Made by a program: the position numbers and the translations under genes
NCBI GenBank assembly: GCA_043228905.1
Contig: JBHGNT010000016.1
Coordinates: forward strand, 18,662,001-18,726,000
Reading direction: 5' to 3'
Source of the DNA: Azolla caroliniana
Lineage: Eukaryota > Plantae > Polypodiophyta
Length of the DNA: 64,000 nt
Notes under the pieces: generated by a model
The model's input: the letters and a program-made list of their open reading frames with translations, nothing else
Told to the model about the DNA's origin: nothing
Database searches by the model: none
Part shown: positions 11,839-22,752 of the stretch, piece after piece
Numbering within the stretch: position 1 is the first letter of the stretch
Layout: each line of letters opens with the position of its first letter

Positions 11839-12360
11839 GCATCGGGCCGAGCGTGTTTGCACTAATCGCACACGCTCAACTCATGGCCTTTTGCATATTG
11901 CGATATATATCCCACTCTCTCCTCTCTTGAACTCTTACGATAATAATTATTCTTGTGCATTGGGTCGAGCGTGTTTGCTCTAATCGCACACGCTTATCTC
12001 ATGGCCGTTTTGCATATGATGTTGAGTATACCACTCTTCCCCTCTATTGAGCCATCACTTGGCCGATTCTAAGGGATGATGTGGCCTTGACGAGGTGTAT
12101 GTTGCCTACCTATGCCACTCTACTCTCTATTAAGCCATCAATTGGCCGATTCTATGGGATGATGTGGCCTTGACGAGGTATATGTAGCTTACATATGCCA
12201 CTTTCCTTTTTAATTAGCCATCAATTGGCCGATTCTAAGGGATGATGTGGCCTTGACGAGGTATATGTCACTTACCTATGCCACTTTCCTCTTTAATTAG
12301 CCATTACTTGGCCGATTCTAGGGATAGGTGGTGGTCTTGAGGAGGTGCATGTCAACTACC
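11839..12360 (+). repeat. Tandem hairpin-forming repeats in C leader (2 x about 118 bp, then about 3.7 x 83 bp)
   Basis: GAGCGTGTTTGC...GCACACGCT occurs twice; GCCAT..TTGGCCGATTCTA recurs at 12051, 12134, 12217 and 12300. Confidence 0.85.
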
Positions 12361-13081
12361 CTAGGGTTTCGTATCTTAGGGCATGTTTGATTCCATACAC
12401 CTAATTGTTGATTATTCTAATTAAATTTTAATTTCATAAGTATTGTTTCACTTATATGATTTTCTAGTAATTATTATTTACCCGCCCACAATTAACTCTC
12501 CTTTTTCCACTTCCTTTTCATGTATAAAGTATTTACATCGTTTATTTTTAATGTAACCTTTACGTGTAGACTATTTTTTCGTATGGAGTGGCTTGTTGAA
12601 CAATTTTTTTTTCAACGGGTCATCTAGGTTTAACTCTTATCATCAAGCCTTAGAAAACGAGTAAAACCATATGAGTTCCCTTATTGATGTTTTACTCATG
12701 GATTTGAGTATTACATCTTTGCACACAACACCGTCATCACTTGTATCAATTTGTGGCTTATGTCACAATTGTGCAAGTTATAACAATCATATTGGGATGT
12801 ATATGTGCATACCTTGCACTTCCCATTTATTTGTGACATTGTTTTTTTCGTAGGTAACACATGGGTTCTTTTTTTTTACCCTTGTTTTCGTCACTACTTA
12901 ACTCTTATGAGTAGTGCCTTATTTTATCATTTTATCATCACGTTTGCTTATTGCTCGCAAGGCTAGAATATTACTTGTGAGTGCACTTGTTTTTTCACGT
13001 AATACACTTTCTCGACCATATAATACATGATGGGTTGGCATTAATATAAGGCTATCTAGGAAATTTCATTGATGTAAGAAC

Positions 13082-13244
13082 CATGGTTGAGCCTCGGGGA
13101 GCCGCCATGATTACTCAAGATAGAGATCCGAGAAATACATCTTAGCTATGTTTTCCCCCATGGTTTTTAAAACACCATAGTGTTACCATAGTTATCGGAT
13201 CTCGAATCACATCTCATATGTCTAGAGGGGTAAAGACATGAGAT
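13082..13244 (+). ncRNA. Conserved cis-acting structured RNA element in C leader (function unknown)
   Basis: Homologous to 57233-57393, with compensatory substitutions in two helices and variation concentrated in loops. Confidence 0.7.
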
Positions 13245-13345
13245 ACTTTCTTGGATAAAGTTCTTTCAATCAAAATTTCAAGCATTCATTTTGCTTGTGT
13301 ATTTTCTGAACCTCCTTATTTTATTGCATACCCACAGCGTGCATC

Positions 13346-16300
13346 ATGGAACAAGTTTTGAACGCAGTTGGAACGATCTCTCCAAATGAGACCTCTCAAC
13401 CCCAATCCGCATCTCGCACACAAGCTGAGATCACTATTGAGCAATTGCTCACTACTACCTTGAATCAATTGGCCGAAATGAGACAGGCCAATATGGCATT
13501 GGAAAAGAAATTCCAAGAATTAACTATTGAGTCCAAGAAGGAAGGTGAACCTTCCTTCGTAGTCACGCCTTTCAAGGGAGATAAGAAAGAAAGAACCGAG
13601 GAGGCCATTAGCACTTGGCTTGGTCGTTGGGAGTCTCACTTTGAGCTTCATCCCAAGCCCGATGCAGTAAAAATTGGTTATGTCGGTCATGAGTTAGGTG
13701 GCCGAGCTGCTACTTGGTGGCGTGGCCTAAGGACCGCAAAAAACTTACCCACAACTTGGGAAGGTTTCGTTGATGTTTTTAAGAAACAATTCTTGCAGCC
13801 ACCTTCTCAAACCGAACAAGCGCAACACTTGCTCACATTGTCTAGTAAGCCATTTACCTCTCTCGAGGATTATGTGCATCACGCTCGGACCCAGATCCAA
13901 AAATCGGGACTTACGGGTGAGAAATGGTTTGTCGCTTGTTTTTTGAATGGTATTCCCAATGGGGATTATCATTGGATTGTCCATGACAAGGACCCCACAA
14001 CTTTCGAGGAAGCCGTCAACATTGTGCTGCGATACCATAGGACTTCCAAGAAAGACCACAATAAACCTGAGTTCGCCAAAACTCCGAATGTCAAGTTCAT
14101 TGGGAAACGTAAGCAATCCAGTGACACTCTTGACCGCGACTCAAAGAAACCGAACCTCTTCTGTGCATATTGCAAGAAGCGGGGCCACACAAAGGATACC
14201 TGTCGTCGTCTTGAGAGGAAGTCAATGAACACCCCTCCTCAAGACAAATCTACGAGTCACACAGGTGAGTCTTTTGATATTGTTGAAGTTCATACCAATC
14301 ACTTAAGTTTATGTGAATGCACTTTTCCTTCACATTTACTTGGACCTAATGATTTACTCCGAGCAGTCGGATATATCAATGGAACACAAGCACATTTCTT
14401 GTTTGATTCCGGTAGTTCTCACAATTTTCTTAATGATCACTTTGTGCAGCAAATGGAGCTCCACATAAACGCAAGTGATCATATCTATCAAGTTCACATG
14501 GCAAATGGAAACGTTCAATACATCAGTGGCATTGTTTGTCAACTGCCAATTCAAATAGATACTTATTTGGAGAAGCTTGACTTTCATGTTATGAAATTAC
14601 AATCCGCAGATGTCATTTTAGGATATCCTTGGTTTTTTAATAAAAACCCTTCTTTGTCCATTGATTGGGTTAATCACTCAATCACATTTGAACTTAATAA
14701 TTGTAAACATTTTATTCAATGTTCCAAACTTCCTTCTCATTCACTTGTGTCTTCTAAATCTTTAAGTGAGTATTCTAGTTCATTAATTTATTCGTGTGTA
14801 ATTGATCCTGCGGTTCAATTTTATTATTTTAATATTGACGCCACACAATTACCACATTTTGAGCAACGATTACTCGACTCTATTTTAGAGGATTTTCAAG
14901 ATGTGTTTCCTACTGAATTACCGCTTACTTTACCACCTAAACGTAATGTGGACCATCAAATTGAACTCATCCCTGGGGCTGCTCCTGTGAGCATTCCACC
15001 TTACCGACTTAGTCGATTAGAAGAGGATGAGATCGCTAAACAACTTAAGGAATACTTGAGTATGGGCCACATTAGGTATAGTAAATCACCTTGGGGTGCG
15101 CCAGTTCTATTAGTCAAGAAGAAGGAAGGTTCGTGGCGAATGTGTATCAATTATCGCCGTTTGAATAAAATGACAATTAAGAATGCATATCCATTACCTC
15201 GTGCCGATGATTTGATTGATCGTTTGCACGGGGCTCGATATTTTACGAAAATTGACTTACGAACTGGTTATCATCAGATTCGCATCGCCGAGGATGATAT
15301 TCCTAAAACCGCTTTTCGTACGCGCTATGGCCATTATGAGTTTTTAGTCATGCCATTTGGGTTGACTAATGCTCTAGCCACATTCCAACAAGCGATGAAT
15401 GATGTTTTCCGAGATCAACTCGGTGATTTTGTTGTCGTCTTCTTGGATGATATTTTGATATATAGCCGTACCTTGCAAGATCATGTTCAACATGTTCGAT
15501 TTGTTTTGCGAAAGTTGCGTGACAACTCTTTCTATGCAAAACATTCAAAATGTGACTTCTTCCAAAAATCTATTGTGTACCTAGGTCATTTAATTACAGA
15601 AAATGGCGTTGAAATTGAACCTTCTCGTATTGAAAAGGTTAAACTTTGGCCCATTCCTCGTAATATTCGTGAACTTAGATCATTCTTAGGGTTTGTTGGA
15701 TTTTTACGAAAATCAATTCGTAACTATTCCAAATTGACTACGCCATTAACTGACCTTTTAAAAGGTCATCCACGTAAGTCTGTCAAACCAATTTCATGGA
15801 ATGAACAACTTGACAAATCATTTGAGACACTCAAGGAGCATGTGTGTCAGGCTCCCACTCTTCTATTACCAGACCCTTCTAAGCCTTTCTCAATTGAAAC
15901 CGATGCTAGTGATTATGCTATTGGTGCCGTTCTTTATCAAGGTGGTCACCCTATTGCTTTTGAAAGTAAGAAGCTTGATGCTGCTCAATCTCGGTATTCG
16001 GTTCAAGAGAAAGAGTTGTTTGCGGTGATACACGCACTTAAAACATGGAGGCACTATCTCTATGGAAATAAATTTGTGGTTACAACAGACCATCAATCAT
16101 TAAAGTATTTTTGTGACCAGCCCGATCTTGTTGGTCGTAAAGGCCGTTGGGCTGACCTTATGCAAGATTTTGATTTTTCCATACGATATCGCAAGGGTTC
16201 TATGAACACCGTTGCTGATGCTCTTAGTCGCATTAAAGAAGTTAACATGCTTAGCTTCACGGAAATAAAATCTGATCTTTTAGATCACCTTCGAGGGAAA

Positions 16301-17749
16301 TACCTTGATGACAATTATTTCTCAAAATACTGGACGAAAGCCGAATCTGGTTTAGATGCCGATACTAGCACCCTACCCTCGAAGGCGACCTTTCACATTA
16401 CAAACGGTTTGCTCTACCGTAGTGGAAAGGTCTGTGTTCCAGATTTACCAAATGTTAAACAGAAAATTTTTCATGAATGTCATGATGCACCATCTGCTGG
16501 TCATCCTGGAATACAACGCACACTCGTTCTCATCTCGTGTACTTTTTTCTGGCCTAATATGCGCTCTGACGTGCATAAATACGTAACTCAATGCTTACAA
16601 TGTCAGATTAATAAGTCGGAACGACTTAAAGCTGCTGGTCTTTTACATCCCTTAGATATTCCCAACAATAAATGGGAAAGTATCTCGATGGATTTTATTG
16701 TTAGTTTACCTCGTACACAGAGGGGTCATGATGCCATATGGGTTGTCGTTGACAGGCTAACAAAATTAGCTAGATTTATTCCTACAAAATCCACGGTAAC
16801 CGCTCAACAGTTGGCTTATCAATTTGTTGATGAGTTATTTCGTTTTTATGGATTACCGATGGATATTGTTAGTGATCGAGATTCCAAGTTTACTAGTGAC
16901 TTTTGGACTCAGGTCTTTAAGAAACTAGAAACTACGTTGAGCATGAGTTCCGCAGATCATCCTCAGTCTGATGGACAAACTGAACGAGTTAATCAAATTA
17001 TTGAGGACATGCTTCGAGCTTATGTAGCAAAAACCCCTTCTAAGTGGGAGCAATACCTTCCTATCTTAGAATTTGCCTATAATAGCTCTAAACATACATC
17101 CACTGGATATAGTCCTTTTATGTTGATGTATGGTTTTCAGCCACGTGCCCCAGTTGATGTCACGATTCATCGTGATACATTAGACAGTACACGCAATTTT
17201 TTGCAAGACATGAACCAAATGTTGCATATTGCCAAAGAAAATGTCAAGACAGCTCAAGATCGTGCTCGATTTTATGCTGATCAGGATAGACGTCCTCGTG
17301 CATTTACTATTGGTCAAAAAGTTTTTTTGCGTGTCCCGACTGATTCTACGTCATTATCTACGGGCAAGTGCGCTAAGTTAGCCCCACGATATTGTGGCCC
17401 ATTTGAAATCCTTAAGCGAGTTGGGTCATCTGCTTATCACCTTGCCTTACCTCGTAACGTTGGTATTCATCCTGTTTTTCACGTCAGTCGTCTAAAACCA
17501 TTTTTAGGCTCTGGTGATAACACCATCACAATCCAAGATCTTGTAACATTAGAGGATTTTTCTTACAAACCTCATGTTCCTGAACGAATTCTTGATTCTC
17601 GTACTAAATGTTTACGTTCTAAAGAGATTCGGCTATTCAAGATCAAATGGATGGATAAACCTATTGATGATGCCACATGGGAACGCGAGCATTCACTTAA
17701 GGCACAATTTCCTCACTTTATATTGCAAGAGTGCAATCTTTTGAAGTAG
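13346..17749 (+). CDS. Intact single-ORF gag-pol polyprotein (1467 aa) with C-terminal chromodomain
   Basis: CAYCKKRGHTKDTC knuckle, LFDSGSS protease, FLDD RT, IETDASD RNase H, integrase, then PERILDSR...FKIKW...ATWE chromodomain. Confidence 0.95.
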   Translation: MEQVLNAVGTISPNETSQPQSASRTQAEITIEQLLTTTLNQLAEMRQANMALEKKFQELTIESKKEGEPSFVVTPFKGDKKERTEEAISTWLGRWESHFELHPKPDAVKIGYVGHELGGRAATWWRGLRTAKNLPTTWEGFVDVFKKQFLQPPSQTEQAQHLLTLSSKPFTSLEDYVHHARTQIQKSGLTGEKWFVACFLNGIPNGDYHWIVHDKDPTTFEEAVNIVLRYHRTSKKDHNKPEFAKTPNVKFIGKRKQSSDTLDRDSKKPNLFCAYCKKRGHTKDTCRRLERKSMNTPPQDKSTSHTGESFDIVEVHTNHLSLCECTFPSHLLGPNDLLRAVGYINGTQAHFLFDSGSSHNFLNDHFVQQMELHINASDHIYQVHMANGNVQYISGIVCQLPIQIDTYLEKLDFHVMKLQSADVILGYPWFFNKNPSLSIDWVNHSITFELNNCKHFIQCSKLPSHSLVSSKSLSEYSSSLIYSCVIDPAVQFYYFNIDATQLPHFEQRLLDSILEDFQDVFPTELPLTLPPKRNVDHQIELIPGAAPVSIPPYRLSRLEEDEIAKQLKEYLSMGHIRYSKSPWGAPVLLVKKKEGSWRMCINYRRLNKMTIKNAYPLPRADDLIDRLHGARYFTKIDLRTGYHQIRIAEDDIPKTAFRTRYGHYEFLVMPFGLTNALATFQQAMNDVFRDQLGDFVVVFLDDILIYSRTLQDHVQHVRFVLRKLRDNSFYAKHSKCDFFQKSIVYLGHLITENGVEIEPSRIEKVKLWPIPRNIRELRSFLGFVGFLRKSIRNYSKLTTPLTDLLKGHPRKSVKPISWNEQLDKSFETLKEHVCQAPTLLLPDPSKPFSIETDASDYAIGAVLYQGGHPIAFESKKLDAAQSRYSVQEKELFAVIHALKTWRHYLYGNKFVVTTDHQSLKYFCDQPDLVGRKGRWADLMQDFDFSIRYRKGSMNTVADALSRIKEVNMLSFTEIKSDLLDHLRGKYLDDNYFSKYWTKAESGLDADTSTLPSKATFHITNGLLYRSGKVCVPDLPNVKQKIFHECHDAPSAGHPGIQRTLVLISCTFFWPNMRSDVHKYVTQCLQCQINKSERLKAAGLLHPLDIPNNKWESISMDFIVSLPRTQRGHDAIWVVVDRLTKLARFIPTKSTVTAQQLAYQFVDELFRFYGLPMDIVSDRDSKFTSDFWTQVFKKLETTLSMSSADHPQSDGQTERVNQIIEDMLRAYVAKTPSKWEQYLPILEFAYNSSKHTSTGYSPFMLMYGFQPRAPVDVTIHRDTLDSTRNFLQDMNQMLHIAKENVKTAQDRARFYADQDRRPRAFTIGQKVFLRVPTDSTSLSTGKCAKLAPRYCGPFEILKRVGSSAYHLALPRNVGIHPVFHVSRLKPFLGSGDNTITIQDLVTLEDFSYKPHVPERILDSRTKCLRSKEIRLFKIKWMDKPIDDATWEREHSLKAQFPHFILQECNLLK

Positions 17750-19306
17750 GGGAGTATGTTATGTACACATAACGTTGGTGAGGGTAGGTCACTAATATTT
17801 ACATTAGTGAAGGGTATGTTCACTATTATTAAAAGGGGACTAATGATTGGATAGAATGAATGATATGTGCATGCACTATCATGATTTAGACAACCAATGA
17901 ATAGAGAGCCTTTTAGAAAGGCACATCTATTCAAGGGGCCTAGGAAAAGGTATAAATATGAGGCTTAGCTACCCTCATAAGGATAATCACGTCGGAAGGC
18001 TGCTGTCGTAGACACCGGTGGTGCGGGCTAGGCTTTCGTCTCGACGATCGTGTTTATCTCTTCCAAGGTATTAGTCATCCTAATATCCGGCGGTATGGGA
18101 CGTCGGTGGTAGGTTGGCTATGTCTAGATCATAGCTCGGGGGTGGTCGGGTGGAACGGGTTCTTCTATCCAATCTATTTTCTTCCTTTTTACTTGATTTG
18201 GTCTATTGATTAGTAATAGACTCTTAACATCTGACGACATTTTATGCGGTGGTGCACAAACGGAGCACTCCCAATTATCCGCAAGCCAACGGATTAGCTG
18301 AGTCAACAAATAAAACACTACATAACATCCTGCGAAAAATCATCAATGAGAACCGGACGGATTGGGATACAAAGCTACACAGTGCACTCTGGGCCTACTG
18401 AACGGCATATAAGACAAGTATCCGCACAACACCGTTTCGCCTAGCATTCGGATTAGAAGCAATGATGCTGGTAGAGTTCCAGGTACCGAGTTTACGAATA
18501 CAGATTCGAGAACGCCTAAATGAGAAGGAATCAGAAGCTATCTGGTTAACCGCGTTGTGCGAATTGGAAGAACACCGGCTAGCCAGCATCATGCACCTAG
18601 AACTAGAGCAGCGGCGAAGGAAGGCGTTCGTGGATCGTCACCGGAAAAGGAACGAAAAGATGTTCGGAATCGGTAAGCCGGTACTAGTATTCCAGACCCG
18701 AATGGGTAAGATGCCGAGAAAGCTACGGTTTTGGTGGACCAGACCATATTGGATTACGCATGAGTTCAATGGTTCCTACCAATTAGGGACACTCGCCGGC
18801 GAGGTTCTGGGTAAATGGGTCAATGTGTTCCAACTCAAACCATACAATGGACCCATGCCAAGAAACCCATTTGAACAAGTAAAGGCCGACACAGAACCAG
18901 ACACTGGTAAGTCGGAAGAGACGGCAACACGGTTAGCAATCGGTAAGTGTGAAGCCGATAAGAGGGAGACCGAGCCGGTAAACGACAAGAACGACGCGAC
19001 GGCAAGCAGTCCAGCAGCCGGCAAGTTCCACAATCCGGATAGGGGTCCAGTGGGACTGGATGCGAATTAACCAAACCATTTTTCTTTAAAATTTAAAAAT
19101 TTAAAAAAAAAAAATCAAATCAAATCAAAGTAAATCATGCAAGGGCGAGGGGTGAACGGACACATGCAAGAACAAGGAGTGAACATGCACTTTGAAAAGG
19201 TACGTAGTGGGCTATTAATAGGGTATTAAACCGCCGCCACATGACACAACATTCTATTTTAGTACACGACGTGCACACGCGCGGGTAAGAAAAAACAAGC
19301 ACCAAC

Positions 19307-21758
19307 ATGCAACAAGAAAACCCCCACCACATAGAAACCTTCACATTTCGCGAACATAGGAGCACAAACGCAGATAGGCGATTGAAGATCAGCAAACGCG
19401 AGCCCACGCACACAGAGCCTCCTCAAACACACCCCTCACCAGCGCTCACCGACCTCGAAGAAGCCATGGACTGCCAAGCACTCTCTGAAGTAGCCAAGAA
19501 GTGGCTAAGGCAACACGGGTTAGAAGGTTTCCTCACAATCATGGAGGTGCCACCGCACCGGGAGGCGGAGAAGATAGTCAAGGAAATCGACACGGAGCTG
19601 ATCACTAAGGAGGCCATCCATGCGTTGATTGGCCTTCCGGAAGGGGGCATCTTCACTATCGACAACCCTACCCCGGAGCAGCTCCGAAAATATTTTGGGG
19701 AATACCCTTTGGCCAGCAAGGCCTACCGGACACAGGGCGGCGAAGATCCACTCTTTCGAGAGATTGCCTGGGTGCTCCATGAATTTGGACATGTATACCC
19801 TCGACCCCCGTGCATGCCTAGAACCAGGCCGGCTTAATCATAGCAACATATGAAGGCGTGAAGGTGGACTGGTCGGTACTGATTGCGGATGGCCTCTGTG
19901 CAGCCATCGACTCTGTCAGAGGCAAGGAGGGTCAGAAGATATGGAATGCAATGGTGCAATGGCTCACCCTATTGGCGCCACCTATCGAGCCCGTCAAGAC
20001 CACGAAGCGGGGAAGAACAACTGAAGGCACCCTGAAAACGGCCTCGAAACGGCAGCAGTTGTTGGGTTCTAAGGCAACCAAAGGGAAGGCGGCCGACATG
20101 GACCAGGCGGCAAAGGAGCGCGCCAATAGGAAGCGGCAGGCGGAAACGCAAGAGGAGCCACCGGCACGGCCAATCAAGATCAGGCTTCACCGACCGGTTC
20201 AACAAGCGTTGAATCCCTTGGCAGCGAAAATCAACATCGGGACTCAGGAGGAGGAAGCGGAGGAGGAACTGTTAGAGCACCTCCAGTGGCACCAGAAGGC
20301 ACGCACCTCCGAACAGGCTAGGGAGAGTTCGGACCCAAAGAAGAATGGAACGCATGTACCCCGCATTGAGCAGCCCGCACCAAGGATGGAACTGGAACCG
20401 GTTCGGACAGAACCGGTCACAGAGCTCCCTACACAACAACCTCTACCGTCGGGTCAGGATACGACAAGACCCAAAATGCAAGCGCCAAAAGTACAGTTGC
20501 CTACCCCACCGGCATGCCAAGAGCATTCAGATGCGGAGCAGCCAACGGAGCCACAACCAGAACGACAAAGCGGTCACCAACAAGAGCTAGAGTTGCAACT
20601 CGACGCAACCGGACAAAACCGACCACTGGCCAACGACACCAACAGCCAACCCTCTGGGCAGACGCAACAACAGGGCACCGGCAGCCAATGGTTCTAGTGG
20701 ATTGGAGAACAGATTGCCGGAGAGGCGGAAGAGAAAGCGCAGGTGGACCGGTTGCTCGTCACAACTGGAGAACTAGAGACGGCCCGGTCAAGGATCTGGA
20801 GCTTAGAACAAGAATTGGACCTGGCCACAGATGAATTGGCCAAAATGGCCTTAACCGGACCACCGATCCAAGCATCGGTGACTCCAGTAGATGTACAAAA
20901 TAAAGAAACATCGGCACCTGTACATAGCAATAAGCCCCCGAAGACGGAACCAGTCCCGAAGATAGTGGCGACGCAAGCAAAAGAGCTTGCTGAATTGAGA
21001 GATGAATTGGCCGCACAGGAAGCATTACGCATCCGAGAGCGGGACTTGAAGAAAGCAGCAGAAGAAGAGCAACGAAAGACTGTTGAGAACCTCCGCCGGG
21101 CAGAATAGAATCTGCGAAAAGGACATCAGGCATATGACCGGCTGAAGGAGGAGAAAGAGAAGGCGCTGCAAGAAAAGGAGAAGCTGCGACGGATGGTGGA
21201 AACAGAGATAGAAAGACTTGAAGAAGAACTCTGTCAACAGAAGATCGGGAAGACCGCGCTCGCCAGCAGCTCAACCAAAAGCTGAAGCAGAAGACCAATG
21301 ATTTTGAGCACCTGCACCAGGACTACAAGCACCTGGATACGGAGCATAAGAAACAGCAAAAGAAGATGATAGAGCTCCAATAGGAGGTGCATCGAGCCGA
21401 GACGGCGCTAGCAGAGGAACGGGCTGAAAGAACCACGCTGCTAGAGGAAGCCACGCAAGAACGGATGGAGCTCCATAAGCAGCATTATGAAGAGAAGGAA
21501 AGAGCGAGAATGGTATTGCAGAGTTTGCAAACCACCTATCAAAACCAATTGTCACATTACCGGGAGCAAGAGGCGGATACGGTGGCACTAATCAAGCAAT
21601 TGAAGGACGAACGACAAGCCGCGGAGGACAAATCGAAGATGGGATTGGAGCGGATCCAGTTCATTGTCCAGGCATGGAGGAACAAGACCAAACGCTTGAT
21701 TGATGAAAGCTCCGCGCAATGGTGGGACAAATGGGCAAAGCACACACACCGGCCCTAA
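19307..21758 (+). pseudogene. Degenerate accessory 3' ORF of element A (globular N-part, low-complexity linker, coiled coil)
   Basis: Successive ORFs 19307-19837, 19858-20697, 20743-21108 and 21387-21758 on the same strand downstream of pol, with composition like A. Confidence 0.6.
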
Positions 21759-21767
21759 GGATTAACA

Positions 21768-22150
21768 GTATCATTACAATTTGTTGTTTCGATTCCTTTG
21801 CACAATCCATTTCCATTTGCACATTCAAGATATTATGAAGGATGTTCCTTCCTGCAATAAACCCATATTGCATTCGATGGATAATAGATAGATCATATTG
21901 CAATTACGTTGGCAAAAACCTTATACATCCCACCATTAACAATGTTAGTCTCCATTGAGCAAAGGACACAGGAGATGCAACTTTTCATGCACTTCATTTT
22001 TCATACCCATCACATGTGCTTGTTGATAACTACGAACCTCTAGATCTTGTAAAGCTTGTGATAATGTCACTTGAATACCTAACAACACATCATGAAATGG
22101 ATTTTTACCAATAATGCATTACATATATCTGGAAATTTTTGCATTAATCT
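21768..22150 (-). mobile_element. Inverted L1-type LINE RT fragment (N-proximal half of the split)
   Basis: Minus strand reads QYGFIAGRNILHNIL...AKESKQQIVMI; the boundary near 22150 is approximate. Confidence 0.75.
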
Positions 22151-22752
22151 CAACTTTTGTTTGCAGATTCCCGGCTACGGTGAGAAAACCAAATGGAATG
22201 GTAAAGGAGTGAGCGTGCAAAATGTGCACATGTACATTAGGAAATGTATGTAAAATAAAAGGGGGACATTTATCCCACATTGTAACGTCCTTCTCTCCTT
22301 GGACTATAAAAGGAGGGAGGGGTCTCTTGTGAAAGGGTTGCCCATTTTGAGTTAAAAGGGTATACCGTTAGATCTAAGGTATGGTAGTTTTTCTTACTTT
22401 CTTACTTTCTTTTAGGGGTTCTTTTAGGTCTTCTTCTTCGTGTTTGTTTAGGGTTTAGTCCGGTTTAGAGCTCGTATGTCCTAATAAGGTTTCTCTTATG
22501 CTCTGTCTCTTGTGCAAGATCTCGCTCGGTGCGACGAGCCCAAGAGCTCCCCGATCGGCGGCTTGGCAACAAACAACTATTGTAACCTAATCTACCTTAG
22601 TCTAGCGCGAAGCTGGAGTTGTATCTTGCTCTTGTAAATATATATGTGAAGGGTTGTGCATTTCTATGTCTCTGTTGGTATCGATTGTGTTTCTTTCTTT
22701 CCGGTTTCTGTACATAGGAAGTGTGTGTAGAGTCGATGTTGCCTATGTGTTC

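Larger units (their letters stand above)
11119..18229 (+). mobile_element. Element C: young full-length chromovirus LTR retrotransposon
   Basis: 473-bp TG...CA LTRs (11119-11591, 17757-18229) with about 2 differences; TSD TCTGA at 11114-11118 and 18230-18234; PBS TGGTATCAGAGC; PPT GAAGTAGGGGAGTA 17743-17756. Confidence 0.97.
8272..19070 (+). pseudogene. pol: Element A pol (PR-RT-RH-INT) with stops and frameshifts, split by C (about 8272-11118 and 18235-19070)
   Basis: IIDGGSGVN protease, CIDYRKLN / FLDGFSGYN / FLDDF RT, PDWSKEFHVFID RNase H, WGLDFVG...TDYCTKWVEA integrase; integrase sequence resumes after TSD at 18230-18234. Confidence 0.85.
1..21752 (+). mobile_element. Element A: degenerate non-chromovirus Ty3/gypsy retrotransposon (Athila/Tat-related group), interrupted by B and C; neither LTR identified
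   Basis: Gag, protease, RT, RNase H and integrase fragments in gypsy order, continuing across both nested insertions at their TSDs (TGAAC, TCTGA). No chromodomain. Extra 3' ORF region. Confidence 0.85.

Noticed and set aside
12051-12360. Hammerhead ribozyme in the 83-bp repeats (TTGACGAG followed by a stem)
   Set aside because: The required GAAA after stem II and an exact CUGANGA core are absent.
12051-12360. CRISPR-like array
   Set aside because: Whole units are repeated with no unique spacers, there are no cas genes, and the context is a plant retrotransposon.
22170-22752. Possible 3' LTR of element A (TATA-like CTATAAAAGG near 22304)
   Set aside because: LTR-like in composition but no second copy or defined termini in the window.
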